The translations under genes were made by a program, and so were the position numbers. DNA of 64,000 nt from a bacterium (GTDB taxonomy: Bacteria > Patescibacteriota > UBA1384 > VFKW01). This document shows, piece after piece, positions 46,222 to 54,516 of the stretch. The stretch spans positions 26,221 to 90,220 of the forward strand of contig JAUSIS010000006.1 in assembly GCA_030647355.1 (NCBI GenBank), written 5' to 3'. The stretch's first letter is position 1; every line of letters begins with the position of its first letter. Below the pieces are notes generated by a model that ran no database searches, was not told the DNA's origin, and saw only the letters and a program-made list of their open reading frames with translations.

Positions 46222-47331
46222 ATGAAACTACCCCGTTTTCAGACGGTTGATTGGATTATATACATAATACCAGTCTTGCTGGTTGTTACGGGTATAGCTA
46301 CGATTTATACCGTTAGTTTTGTCAATAAAGGAAATTCACTGGCATATTCCCAAGTAACTTCGATGGTAATCGGATTAGTATTAATGTTGGTTCTGACCTT
46401 TTTGGATTATAGGTTACTTAGAAGTCTAGCGATACCTGCTTATTTAGTTGGAGCGGCACTGTTGGGATTATTAATTGTTCCAAGTTTTCGATCGCTGCCG
46501 TTTGTTATTAGTAGTTTAGGATCTACCAGATGGATTGATTTAGGATTCTTTCAGCTGCAACCATCCGAATTATTTAAGTTTTTTCTAATATTGACTTTAG
46601 CGGCCTATTTTTCAAGGTTCGGAAAGAATATACGATGGTATCATGTGATTGGCGCGGCCTTAATCACATTAGTACCGGTTCTTATGACATTGAAACAGCC
46701 CGATTTGGGAACGGCGATGGTCTTAGTAATAATATTAGTTGCTAATTTAGTAGCCGTGTCGCTGTCAAAGATATATTACAAGGTGATGGGTTTGTTAGTT
46801 TTAATTGTTACGCCTTTGATGTGGTTTGTTTTGAAAGACTATCAAAAGGAAAGATTGCTCGTTTTCCTTAATCCCCAGCACGATCCGTCTGGATCGGGCT
46901 ACAATGTTTTGCAGTCAATTATCGCTGTGGGGAGTGGCGGTCTGACGGGGCGAGGTTTTGGTCAAGGATCACAAAGCCAGTTAAATTTTCTGCCGGTTGC
47001 TCATACCGATTTTGTTTTCGCCGGTTTGGCGGAAGCAACTGGTTTTGTGGGGGTGGTTGTGTTGATAGTGGCGTTTGTCGTTTTATTTGTCAGAATGATA
47101 AACGTTGCAAGGGTGTCAAAGGATGATTTTGGAATGTATCTGGCTATTGGGGCTGTTTCTATGCTATTGTTTCAATTTATTGTGAATATTGGAATGAACA
47201 TATCGCTTATGCCGGTTACGGGCATACCTTTGCCGTTTGTTTCATATGGCGGCACTTCTCTGATTATTAACTTTGTGTTGATTGGGATTTTGCAGAGCAT
47301 CTATTTGAGACATAAGAAAATCACTTTTTAG
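46222..47331 (+). CDS. rodA: SEDS-family protein, second paralogue (RodA-like)
   Basis: Polytopic with the conserved SEDS C-terminal region (TGIPLPFVSYGGTS). Paralogue of ftsW at 4803. Confidence 0.75.
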   Translation: MKLPRFQTVDWIIYIIPVLLVVTGIATIYTVSFVNKGNSLAYSQVTSMVIGLVLMLVLTFLDYRLLRSLAIPAYLVGAALLGLLIVPSFRSLPFVISSLGSTRWIDLGFFQLQPSELFKFFLILTLAAYFSRFGKNIRWYHVIGAALITLVPVLMTLKQPDLGTAMVLVIILVANLVAVSLSKIYYKVMGLLVLIVTPLMWFVLKDYQKERLLVFLNPQHDPSGSGYNVLQSIIAVGSGGLTGRGFGQGSQSQLNFLPVAHTDFVFAGLAEATGFVGVVVLIVAFVVLFVRMINVARVSKDDFGMYLAIGAVSMLLFQFIVNIGMNISLMPVTGIPLPFVSYGGTSLIINFVLIGILQSIYLRHKKITF

Positions 47332-47487
47332 CTAAGGTTGGTTCGGTTGGGATTGACGAAGCGAGTGGGTTATGGTATTCTTGAATTAGATTATTAATAG
47401 TGTTCTTGGCAAGCAATTGTCAAGATTTTATATGTTTAGTTAATTACTATACAAATGAAAACAGGCAATGGGTAGGGAAGGAGATAT

Positions 47488-47826
47488 ATGGCAGTTGTAA
47501 AGATAGCGGGCAAGCAGTTTGTTGTTAAAGACGGACAGCGTTTGAATGTTCCTTATCTTGATTTGGAGATTGGGAAATCATTGACAACGCAGGATTTATT
47601 GACGGGTAAAGATGTAGTTTTTGAAATTATCGAGCAAAAGCGCAGCGCAAAGGTTTTGGTGGTAAAGTTTCGCAACAAATCGAGATATCTGCGCGTGAAA
47701 GGTCAGAGAAATAAGGTTACTGTTGTGAAAAATATAAATAGTGAGAAAAAAGAAGTTGAGGAACCTAAAGTCAAAGTGAAAACAGCTGTAATTAAGAAAA
47801 GCACAAAAAGGACGGCTAGTAAATGA
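47488..47826 (+). CDS. rplU: 50S ribosomal protein L21
   Basis: MAVVKIAGKQFVVKDGQRL..KVLVVKFRNKSRYLRVKGQRNKVTVVKNIN aligns with bL21 (E. coli ..[31 protein letters not shown]). Lys-rich C-terminal tail. RBS GGAAGGAG. Confidence 0.65.
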   Translation: MAVVKIAGKQFVVKDGQRLNVPYLDLEIGKSLTTQDLLTGKDVVFEIIEQKRSAKVLVVKFRNKSRYLRVKGQRNKVTVVKNINSEKKEVEEPKVKVKTAVIKKSTKRTASK

Positions 47827-48020
47827 AGCGATTTATCTCATTTTTTAGGGAAGCATATGAAGAATTGCGGAAGGTTATGTGGCCTACTAGAGAGAAGGTG
47901 GTTCGCCATACTATAATTGTGCTGGCATCGGTAGTTGTCGTTATGTTAATTTTGGTAGTTATTGATTCAGGTTTAAGTAAGGGGATTAAGGCTTTGATAG
48001 CATTATCCCAGAGTAGATGA
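47823..48020 (+). CDS. secE: Preprotein translocase subunit SecE
   Basis: 65 aa, single C-terminal TM. REAYEELRKVMWPTREKVVRHTIIVL matches the SecE core. Immediately upstream of nusG. Confidence 0.8.
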   Translation: MKRFISFFREAYEELRKVMWPTREKVVRHTIIVLASVVVVMLILVVIDSGLSKGIKALIALSQSR

Positions 48021-48032
48021 CGGAGGATTTCA

Positions 48033-48857
48033 ATGAAAAAGAAGGATGAGAAAAAAGTTAAGACAGAGAAGGCGGAGGAAGTGGTTTCATCTCAAGTAGA
48101 AGCCGTTGAAGGAGAAGCTTTAGAAGAGATTAAAAGTGCTCCAGACGAGAATGTTGTGGCAAATGAGGATGCGGTTGAAGGGACTCCGGGTGGTGATGCT
48201 GTAGTAGGCGAGAATGAAACTGAAGGGGTTTCGAATGAGACTGTTGTTGTAAACGAGGATGAGGTTGGAGATATGGTTTCTTCGATGGGAAAATTGGATG
48301 AGAATTTGAAGTCCAAAACGATAAAACAGACTGGTGAGAAGGGGTGGTATGTGATTCACTCATATGCCGGTTATGAGGATCAGGTGGCTGAGAATTTGAA
48401 ACAGAGAATAGAAACTTTGCATATGAAAGATAAGATATTCAATGTTTTAGTTCCAAAAGAAAAGCAGATTGAAATAAAAAATGGCAAGAGGCGAACGGTT
48501 GAGAGAAGGATTTTCCCTGGCTATGTAATGGTGGAAATGATTGTAACAGATGATTCTTGGTATGTGGTCCGCAATACTCCCAATGTGACTGGTTTTATAG
48601 GGATGGGTGTTAGGCCGACGCCAATGCTTCCGGATGAAGTGGATAGAATAATGAAGAGAATGGGAGTTCAGGAATCCAAATACAAGATTGAGGTTGACGT
48701 TGATGATCTGGTTAAAATTGTTGATGGACCGCTTAAGGGATTTGAAGGCAAGGTGACGGAAGTGGATGAAGATAAGGGTAAGGTTAAGGTTTCGGTGAAT
48801 ATGTTTGGTAGGGAAACGCCAGTTAATTTGGATTCATTACAAGTTAAAAAGATATAA
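48033..48857 (+). CDS. nusG: Transcription termination/antitermination factor NusG with ~95-aa acidic N-terminal extension
   Basis: NGN domain (WYVIHSYAGYEDQV) and C-terminal KOW (VKIVDGPLKGFEGKV). N-terminal E/V/N-rich low-complexity region. Confidence 0.85.
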   Translation: MKKKDEKKVKTEKAEEVVSSQVEAVEGEALEEIKSAPDENVVANEDAVEGTPGGDAVVGENETEGVSNETVVVNEDEVGDMVSSMGKLDENLKSKTIKQTGEKGWYVIHSYAGYEDQVAENLKQRIETLHMKDKIFNVLVPKEKQIEIKNGKRRTVERRIFPGYVMVEMIVTDDSWYVVRNTPNVTGFIGMGVRPTPMLPDEVDRIMKRMGVQESKYKIEVDVDDLVKIVDGPLKGFEGKVTEVDEDKGKVKVSVNMFGRETPVNLDSLQVKKI

Positions 48858-48870
48858 GTAATTACGCGGT

Positions 48871-48965
48871 CTTATCCTCTTCGGGGAGCGTTACGCTTCC
48901 TCGGCTTGAGGCCGATGAGCGCTGCACTACGCTTAACTCCCCTTAGAAGACAAGACCGCGTTATA
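48871..48965. repeat. Repeat family F2, copy 1 (structured ~75-nt element)
   Basis: CGCGGTCTT..CTTCGGGGAGCGTTACGCTTCC-[hairpin CTCGGCTTGAGGCCGATGAG]-CGCTGCACTACGCTTAACTCCCC..AAGACCGCG. Paralogues at 54047 and 61125. Confidence 0.8.
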
Positions 48966-48997
48966 TAAACAATATTCGAGAGAAGGAAGAAGGATAA

Positions 48998-49423
48998 ATG
49001 GCGAAGAAGATAAAAACAATAGTAAAAGTGCAGGCACCGGCAGGTAAAGCAACTCCAGCGCCTCCGATTGGGCCGGCTTTGGGTCAACATGGTTTGAATA
49101 TCATGGAGTTTGTTAATGCGTTTAATGAAAAGACGCGCGAGATGGGAGATACGGTTGTTCCGGTTGAGATAACTGTTTATGAAGATCGAACATTTGATTT
49201 TATCTGTAAGACTCCGCCGGCTGCTATATTACTTGCCAAGGAGGCAGGGATAACCAAAGGTTCTTCCAACCCCAAGAAAGATAAAGTCGGTAAGGTATCG
49301 AAAGAACAGGTAAGGAAAATTGCTGAATTGAAATTGAAAGATCTGAATGCATATGATGTTGATGAGGCAGAGAAGATAATTCGTGGTACGGCTCGTTCGA
49401 TGGGGATTGAAGTAAAAGATTAA
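48998..49423 (+). CDS. rplK: 50S ribosomal protein L11
   Basis: [38 protein letters not shown] is near-canonical uL11. Confidence 0.9.
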   Translation: MAKKIKTIVKVQAPAGKATPAPPIGPALGQHGLNIMEFVNAFNEKTREMGDTVVPVEITVYEDRTFDFICKTPPAAILLAKEAGITKGSSNPKKDKVGKVSKEQVRKIAELKLKDLNAYDVDEAEKIIRGTARSMGIEVKD

Positions 49424-49469
49424 GCCGATAAGCAGTAAGAAATAAACTGTTAAGTAATTTTGAATTATC

Positions 49470-49498
49470 AAAAAAAGCGACTAGATGTCGCTTTTTTT
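49470..49498 (+). terminator. Intrinsic terminator after rplK
   Basis: AAAAAAAGCGACTAGATGTCGCTTTTTTTG. Confidence 0.75.
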
Positions 49499-49811
49499 GT
49501 TCCCTCCATTACCTCCTTAACCTCCTTTAGGATTTTACGAGGCCCTAAAATATTTAAATTGTAGTCTCGTGTTAAGGTGTAATAGAGAGAATTATCGTGA
49601 TAAGGACGAAAACTCAGGAGGGGTAGAGTTTTCATACTCTTACCACGATAATTCCCACTACTACAGATAAATTATTAATTTTCAGCTCGATGTACTATTG
49701 TAGCATAAAAACAGGCGTTTGTCAAGGGGGTAAGAGAAAAAATTATGGTATACCACGATTAAATAAGGGAGGGGAATTGATAAATAGCGTTTGGCTTGTT
49801 AAGATTTATTT

Positions 49812-50900
49812 ATGCACAAAGCAGAACTTGAACTAATGTACTTGGCGGCAATAAGCGCGTGCTCGAGATTAGACTCTATAACTATTCAAGAGTTACTGAA
49901 TTTATTTATTAGCCCCATTGATCTCTGGAAAGCGAATGAATCCGAACTACGAAGCAAGGGAGTACCCGATAAAATTGTCCAGAATCTAGTTTGGTGGAAA
50001 AAAGAGTGTGTACCGGAGTGTTTGTGGAGTAGAATTAATGAATTAGGCTTGAAGGTTATTGGCTTCAAAGATACAGATTATCCTCAATTACTTTGCGAAA
50101 TACCGGATTTGCCTATTGTGTTATATGTGAAGGGGGAGCTTGATCCGCAAGATTTATATGTGGCAGTTGTGGGTAATAGGATGATTTCTCAATATGGCAT
50201 AAGAATGACGGAGCGAATTACCCAGACTTTGGTAAATGCAAGAGTGGTGATCGTCTCTGGTTTGGCATTAGGAGTTGATGGGATTGCGCATCGAGTGGCA
50301 GTGCAAAGTAAAGCAAAGACAGTTGCCGTATTGGCAAATGGTTTGGATCAGGTTTATCCGCCATCGCATAGCAATTTGGCTAAGCAGATCCTTGAAAACG
50401 GGGGCGCTTTAGTTAGTGAATATTCTCCCGGGACATTGCCACTGAAGCATCATTTTCTAGAGAGAAACCGGATAATTGCGGGTTTTTCTATGGGTACATT
50501 GATTGTTGAGGCGGGAAAGATATCGGGGGCTTTAAGAACTGCCGGATGTGCTTTGGAATATGGGCGATCGGTTTATGCTGTACCGGGCGATGCGGAGAGA
50601 CCACAGGCGGCGGGGGTGAATAATTTAATTAAGCAGGGTGCGATTCCAGTTACAACGGGAGAAGATATATTGGGCGATCTTAATATTCAAACCGAAGTTA
50701 AAGAGAGGAAGGATTCTGTAAAATTAACTGATCATGAGAAACTGGTTTTAGATGCGCTTAGTAGTGAGCCAGTGCATATCGATCTGTTAGCTCGCGAGAT
50801 TAAATTAGAAATTTCGGTCTTGAGCGTTATATTAATCGGGCTTGAAATGAGGGATCTGGCTAAGAATGTAGGTGGTATGAATTATATAAAAATTGAATGA
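49812..50900 (+). CDS. dprA: DNA processing protein DprA (Smf)
   Basis: Rossmann-like DprA domain (VAVVGNRMISQYG, SGLALGVDGIAHR) and C-terminal winged-helix-like region. Confidence 0.8.
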   Translation: MHKAELELMYLAAISACSRLDSITIQELLNLFISPIDLWKANESELRSKGVPDKIVQNLVWWKKECVPECLWSRINELGLKVIGFKDTDYPQLLCEIPDLPIVLYVKGELDPQDLYVAVVGNRMISQYGIRMTERITQTLVNARVVIVSGLALGVDGIAHRVAVQSKAKTVAVLANGLDQVYPPSHSNLAKQILENGGALVSEYSPGTLPLKHHFLERNRIIAGFSMGTLIVEAGKISGALRTAGCALEYGRSVYAVPGDAERPQAAGVNNLIKQGAIPVTTGEDILGDLNIQTEVKERKDSVKLTDHEKLVLDALSSEPVHIDLLAREIKLEISVLSVILIGLEMRDLAKNVGGMNYIKIE

Positions 50901-50962
50901 ATTTCTAGGGCATTGATTTGTAAGTTTGGATGTTATAACATATAGTAATGTTTAGGAGGAAA

Positions 50963-53248
50963 ATGTCTAAATCCTTGGTTATAGTCGAAAGTCCGGCTAA
51001 AGCAAAGACAATTGAGAAATACTTAGGGAGCGGCTATAAAGTGCTGGCTTCTTTTGGTCATGTCAGGGATCTGCCTAAGAGTAAGTTGGGTGTTGATGTT
51101 AAGAAGAATTTTGAGCCAACATATATTGTGCCAACTAAAGCCAAGAAGGTATTGGCGAGTTTGAAAAGCGAGGCGGAAAAATCGGAAAAAATTTATCTGG
51201 CAACAGACTTTGACCGGGAAGGCGAAGCGATTGCTTGGCATATAATGCAAGCCACCGGCTCGCAAACTCAAAGCTCAATCCGCCAGCTGGCGGACAAAAC
51301 TCAAAAATATGGGAGGGTAACTTTCCATGAGATTACAAAGGAGGCAATTGTGCAAGCGTTTGAGCACCCACGCGAGATTGATATGGATTTAGTGGACGCT
51401 CAACAAGCCCGCAGAGTGCTTGATCGGCTCGTTGGCTATAAATTGAGCCCATTTCTTTGGAGAAAGGTGTATACGGGGCTCTCTGCGGGCAGAGTGCAGT
51501 CTGTAGCAGTGCGTTTGGTGGTAGATAGGGAGAGGGAAATAGAAGCTTTTAAGGTGCGGGAGTATTGGACTATTGAAGCGATTTTTTCCAAGAAACCGGA
51601 CAAGATTAAATTTGGCGCAACTTTAACTAAAATAGACGACAAACCTTTCAAGGAGGTGGATCAGAAGAAATTGGCGGAAGATCTGGTTAAGGATATTGAA
51701 GGGGGCAAATATAGCATTCTAGATATACAGAAAGCTGCTAAGACGAGAAGCCCAGCGCCGCCGTTTTCTACTTCAACATTACAACAGGAAGCAAATAGAA
51801 AGTTGCGTTTTTCAGCTAAGCAAACCATGACTTTAGCCCAGCATCTGTATGAGGGTGTAGACCTTGGAAGCGAGGGGTCTGCCGGATTGATTACGTATAT
51901 GAGAACGGATTCATATAATCTAGCCGAGAGCGCAATTCGTGAAGCTCGTCAGGTAATAGGTAAGGAGTTTGGTAAGGAATATGTGCCGCAGTCATCCAGA
52001 TTATATAAAACAAAAGCAAAGGGTGCTCAAGAAGCACATGAGGCGATTAGGCCTACTTTATTTAGCAGGACTCCGGACAGTGTGAGGAAATTTTTAGATA
52101 GTAGTCATTACAAACTTTATAAATTAATTTGGGAACGGGCGATTGCGTCCCAGATGGCAGATGCCCAAGTTGAAGAGACGGTAGCACAGATTGAGTCAAA
52201 AGGGGCTAGTAAGGTGTATGTCTTTACAGCCAAAGGAGCTATTGTCACTTTTGCCGGATTTTTAAAGGTGCATGAGGAAGGCAGGGATGAGATAGAAGAG
52301 GATGGCCTGTCTTTACTGCCTGATTTGGAGGTAGGAGAATCAGTGCATTTGGAAAATGTCGATGGAAGACAGCATTTTACTCAGCCACCGGGGCGATATA
52401 CGGAAGCTACTTTGGTGAAAGAGTTGGAGAAGAGGGGAATCGGCAGACCGTCAACTTATGCGCCTATTATGAGTACTATTGTTGATCGAGGTTATGTCCA
52501 AAAGTTAGAGGGCAGGTTTCATCCGCAGGATGTGGGACTTGTGGTTACAGATTTACTGACCGAGCATTTCCCGGCTATTGTTGACTATCAGTTTACCGCT
52601 AAAATGGAGGAAGAACTTGATGATATTGCAGAGGGTAAGCTGAAATGGCAGCCGGTGGTCAAAGAATTTTATGAACCATTGGCAAAAACTCTTGATGAAA
52701 AAATGGAGACAGTTGAGAAAAAGGATATAACCGAGGAAAAGACTGATGAAAAATGTCCTGAATGTAAGAAGGATTTGGTTATAAAACTTGGGCGTTTTGG
52801 GAAGTTTTATGCCTGTTCAGGTTACCCAGAATGTGAATATACACGGCCATATCTGGAGAACGAAGAGGGCGAAGCAATGTCGGCAAAAGAGGTTAAGGAG
52901 CTGACTGATGAAAAATGTCCAAAATGCGGGGCTCAGTTAGCGGTAAAACAGGGGAGATTTGGCAAGTTTTTAGGATGCAGTGAATATCCCAAGTGTCACT
53001 TTACTAAACAGATTGGAGCAGGGGAGCCAGTTAAATGTACAGAATGCGCCGGAGAGATAGTTATGAAGCGCACCAGGAGAGGGAAGCCATTTTGGGGGTG
53101 CTCAAACTATCCAAAATGCACACTAGCCTTCTGGAACGAACCTGTTGATAAAAGATGTCCAAAATGCAAGGCGATTATGGTAAAATCCGGGAAGGATAAG
53201 GTTAAATGCAGTAAGTGCGAGTATGAAGAGACTGCAAATAGCAGTTAG
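50963..53248 (+). CDS. topA: DNA topoisomerase I with four C-terminal zinc ribbons
   Basis: TOPRIM (LVIVESPAKAKTI, DFDREGEAIAW), Tyr-containing domain III, four CxxC..CxxC ribbons at the C-terminus. Start at the ATG at 50963 behind AGGAGGA. Carries the 41-nt palindromic insert at 51262-51305 in frame. Confidence 0.9.
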   Translation: MSKSLVIVESPAKAKTIEKYLGSGYKVLASFGHVRDLPKSKLGVDVKKNFEPTYIVPTKAKKVLASLKSEAEKSEKIYLATDFDREGEAIAWHIMQATGSQTQSSIRQLADKTQKYGRVTFHEITKEAIVQAFEHPREIDMDLVDAQQARRVLDRLVGYKLSPFLWRKVYTGLSAGRVQSVAVRLVVDREREIEAFKVREYWTIEAIFSKKPDKIKFGATLTKIDDKPFKEVDQKKLAEDLVKDIEGGKYSILDIQKAAKTRSPAPPFSTSTLQQEANRKLRFSAKQTMTLAQHLYEGVDLGSEGSAGLITYMRTDSYNLAESAIREARQVIGKEFGKEYVPQSSRLYKTKAKGAQEAHEAIRPTLFSRTPDSVRKFLDSSHYKLYKLIWERAIASQMADAQVEETVAQIESKGASKVYVFTAKGAIVTFAGFLKVHEEGRDEIEEDGLSLLPDLEVGESVHLENVDGRQHFTQPPGRYTEATLVKELEKRGIGRPSTYAPIMSTIVDRGYVQKLEGRFHPQDVGLVVTDLLTEHFPAIVDYQFTAKMEEELDDIAEGKLKWQPVVKEFYEPLAKTLDEKMETVEKKDITEEKTDEKCPECKKDLVIKLGRFGKFYACSGYPECEYTRPYLENEEGEAMSAKEVKELTDEKCPKCGAQLAVKQGRFGKFLGCSEYPKCHFTKQIGAGEPVKCTECAGEIVMKRTRRGKPFWGCSNYPKCTLAFWNEPVDKRCPKCKAIMVKSGKDKVKCSKCEYEETANSS

Positions 53249-53255
53249 ATACCCT

Positions 53256-53366
53256 TCTTTTAAGGCACGTGTTCGTCCGCTCCAGCGGCGGACGCCACTC
53301 TCTCTCGACTAGTGACCCGCATCTGCGGGACCAAGCTCACTGCGTCTGCGAGAGGTCTTAAAGAAG
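53256..53366. repeat. Repeat family F1, copy a (structured ~100-nt element)
   Basis: CACGTGTTC-[GTCCGCTCCAGCGGCGGAC]-GCCACTCTCTCTCGAC-[..CCCGCATCTGCGGG..]CCAAGCTCACTGCGTCTGCGAGAGGTC, flanked by the inverted repeats TTCTTTTAAG/CTTAAAGAAG. Confidence 0.8.
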
Positions 53367-53410
53367 AATATCTAACTGCTAATAAGGTGAAAAAAGAAGG
53401 AAGAGAAAAG

Positions 53411-54046
53411 ATGGCGGGGAGTATTCCTAAATCAGTACGAGATTTAATTGAAGAATTTGGTAAGCTGCCTGGGATAGGTCCAAAAACAGCTAGCCGGCTA
53501 ACTTTCTATTTATTAACAAAACCTGAGGAGGACGTGGAACGGTTGGCGAAATCGGTTGACGGTCTTAAGAAGAATCTGATTATTTGCTCTGAATGTTATA
53601 ATATCGCCGAAAGTGATCCATGCTCTATTTGTGGCGATCAAGCAAGAGAGAAAGAAAAGGTATGCGTAGTAGAGGAACCCTTGGATGTAGTGGCGATAGA
53701 GAAAACGGGGTTTGATGGCAGATATCATGTTTTGGGCGGGGTGATCTCTCCGATAAACGGAATTGGTCCGGAGAACCTTCGAATGGCAGAATTATTCAAT
53801 CGTATAAAAGGCAAGGGTGTGAAAGAGGTTATTTTGGCGACCGATCCTTCCTTAGAAGGTGAGGCCACCGCTATGTATATAAGCAACTATGTTGCTAAAT
53901 TCAAATCTCAATCCGCCAGCTGGCGGACAAATCTCAAAAATTTAAAAGTTACTAGAATTGCCCGCGGTTTACCTGTGGGAGGGGATTTGGAATATGCAGA
54001 TGAAATGACTTTGACGAGGGCATTGGAGGGAAGGAAAGAGTACTGA
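53411..54046 (+). CDS. recR: Recombination protein RecR
   Basis: HhH (LPGIGPKTASRL), C4 zinc finger (CSECYN..CSIC), Toprim domain, C-terminal GLPVGGDLEYAD. The annotated ORF start at 53312 only translates the F1 repeat; the Met at 53411 is the real start. Carries the second copy of the 41-nt insert (53903-53946). Confidence 0.85.
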   Translation: MAGSIPKSVRDLIEEFGKLPGIGPKTASRLTFYLLTKPEEDVERLAKSVDGLKKNLIICSECYNIAESDPCSICGDQAREKEKVCVVEEPLDVVAIEKTGFDGRYHVLGGVISPINGIGPENLRMAELFNRIKGKGVKEVILATDPSLEGEATAMYISNYVAKFKSQSASWRTNLKNLKVTRIARGLPVGGDLEYADEMTLTRALEGRKEY

Positions 54047-54150
54047 TTATGGGGGGAACATTTATTCGGAGAGCGTTTCGCTTCCCGATACAGTTGTGTC
54101 GGGAGCACTGCACTTCGCTTAACTCTCCTCATAAAAATTCCCCTCGTTAT
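54047..54150. repeat. Repeat family F2, copy 2
   Basis: GGGGGGAA..TTCGGAGAGCGTTTCGCTTCC-[CGATACAGTTGTGTCGGG]-AGCACTGCACTTCGCTTAACTCTCC..TTCCCCTC. Confidence 0.8.
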
Positions 54151-54298
54151 ACTGGAGGTGAAAGTCGGTCTGCGAAAGATAACTTACTTTTAATCAGAGA
54201 TAAGAGTTGTGAACCAGGGTAATTAAGTAGAAGAGGATTGACATATTTTGAGATAATAAGAGATAATCTGTATAATAGAAAAAATATGGAGGAGAATA

Positions 54299-54508
54299 AT
54301 GAATGAGATTCCAGTATTTTATTGTCTAGAGTGTGGATATGTTGGAAATGCTCCGGGAATATGTCCTCAATGCAGTGCGACATTAGTAGCTGATGATATG
54401 AATTTGCCCAATGAAAAAGAAGAGGATGGCAAGTATGATGAGGCTGTATTAGAAGATGAGGAAGAGGATGATGAGTTGCCGGAAGATAAGTTTGAGGATG
54501 AAGAGTAG
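54299..54508 (+). CDS. Small zinc-ribbon protein with a poly-acidic C-terminal tail
   Basis: CLECGY..CPQC ribbon followed by EEDGKYDEAVLEDEEEDDELPEDKFEDEE. RBS GGAGGAGAATA. Confidence 0.5.
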   Translation: MNEIPVFYCLECGYVGNAPGICPQCSATLVADDMNLPNEKEEDGKYDEAVLEDEEEDDELPEDKFEDEE

Positions 54509-54516
54509 GTTAGGTA

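Noticed and set aside
47488-47826. rplU considered as a possible mis-call, because L21 normally sits with rpmA-obgE
   Set aside because: Kept. Its N- and C-terminal segments align convincingly with bL21, and gene-order scrambling is general in this window.
53312-53410. N-terminal 33 codons of the annotated recR ORF, and ORF 54456-54740
   Set aside because: Both are read-through translations of F1 repeat copies (MTRICGTKLTASARGLKE..; MRKRMMSCRKISLRMKSRLGRLFV..). RecR alignment begins at the Met at 53411.
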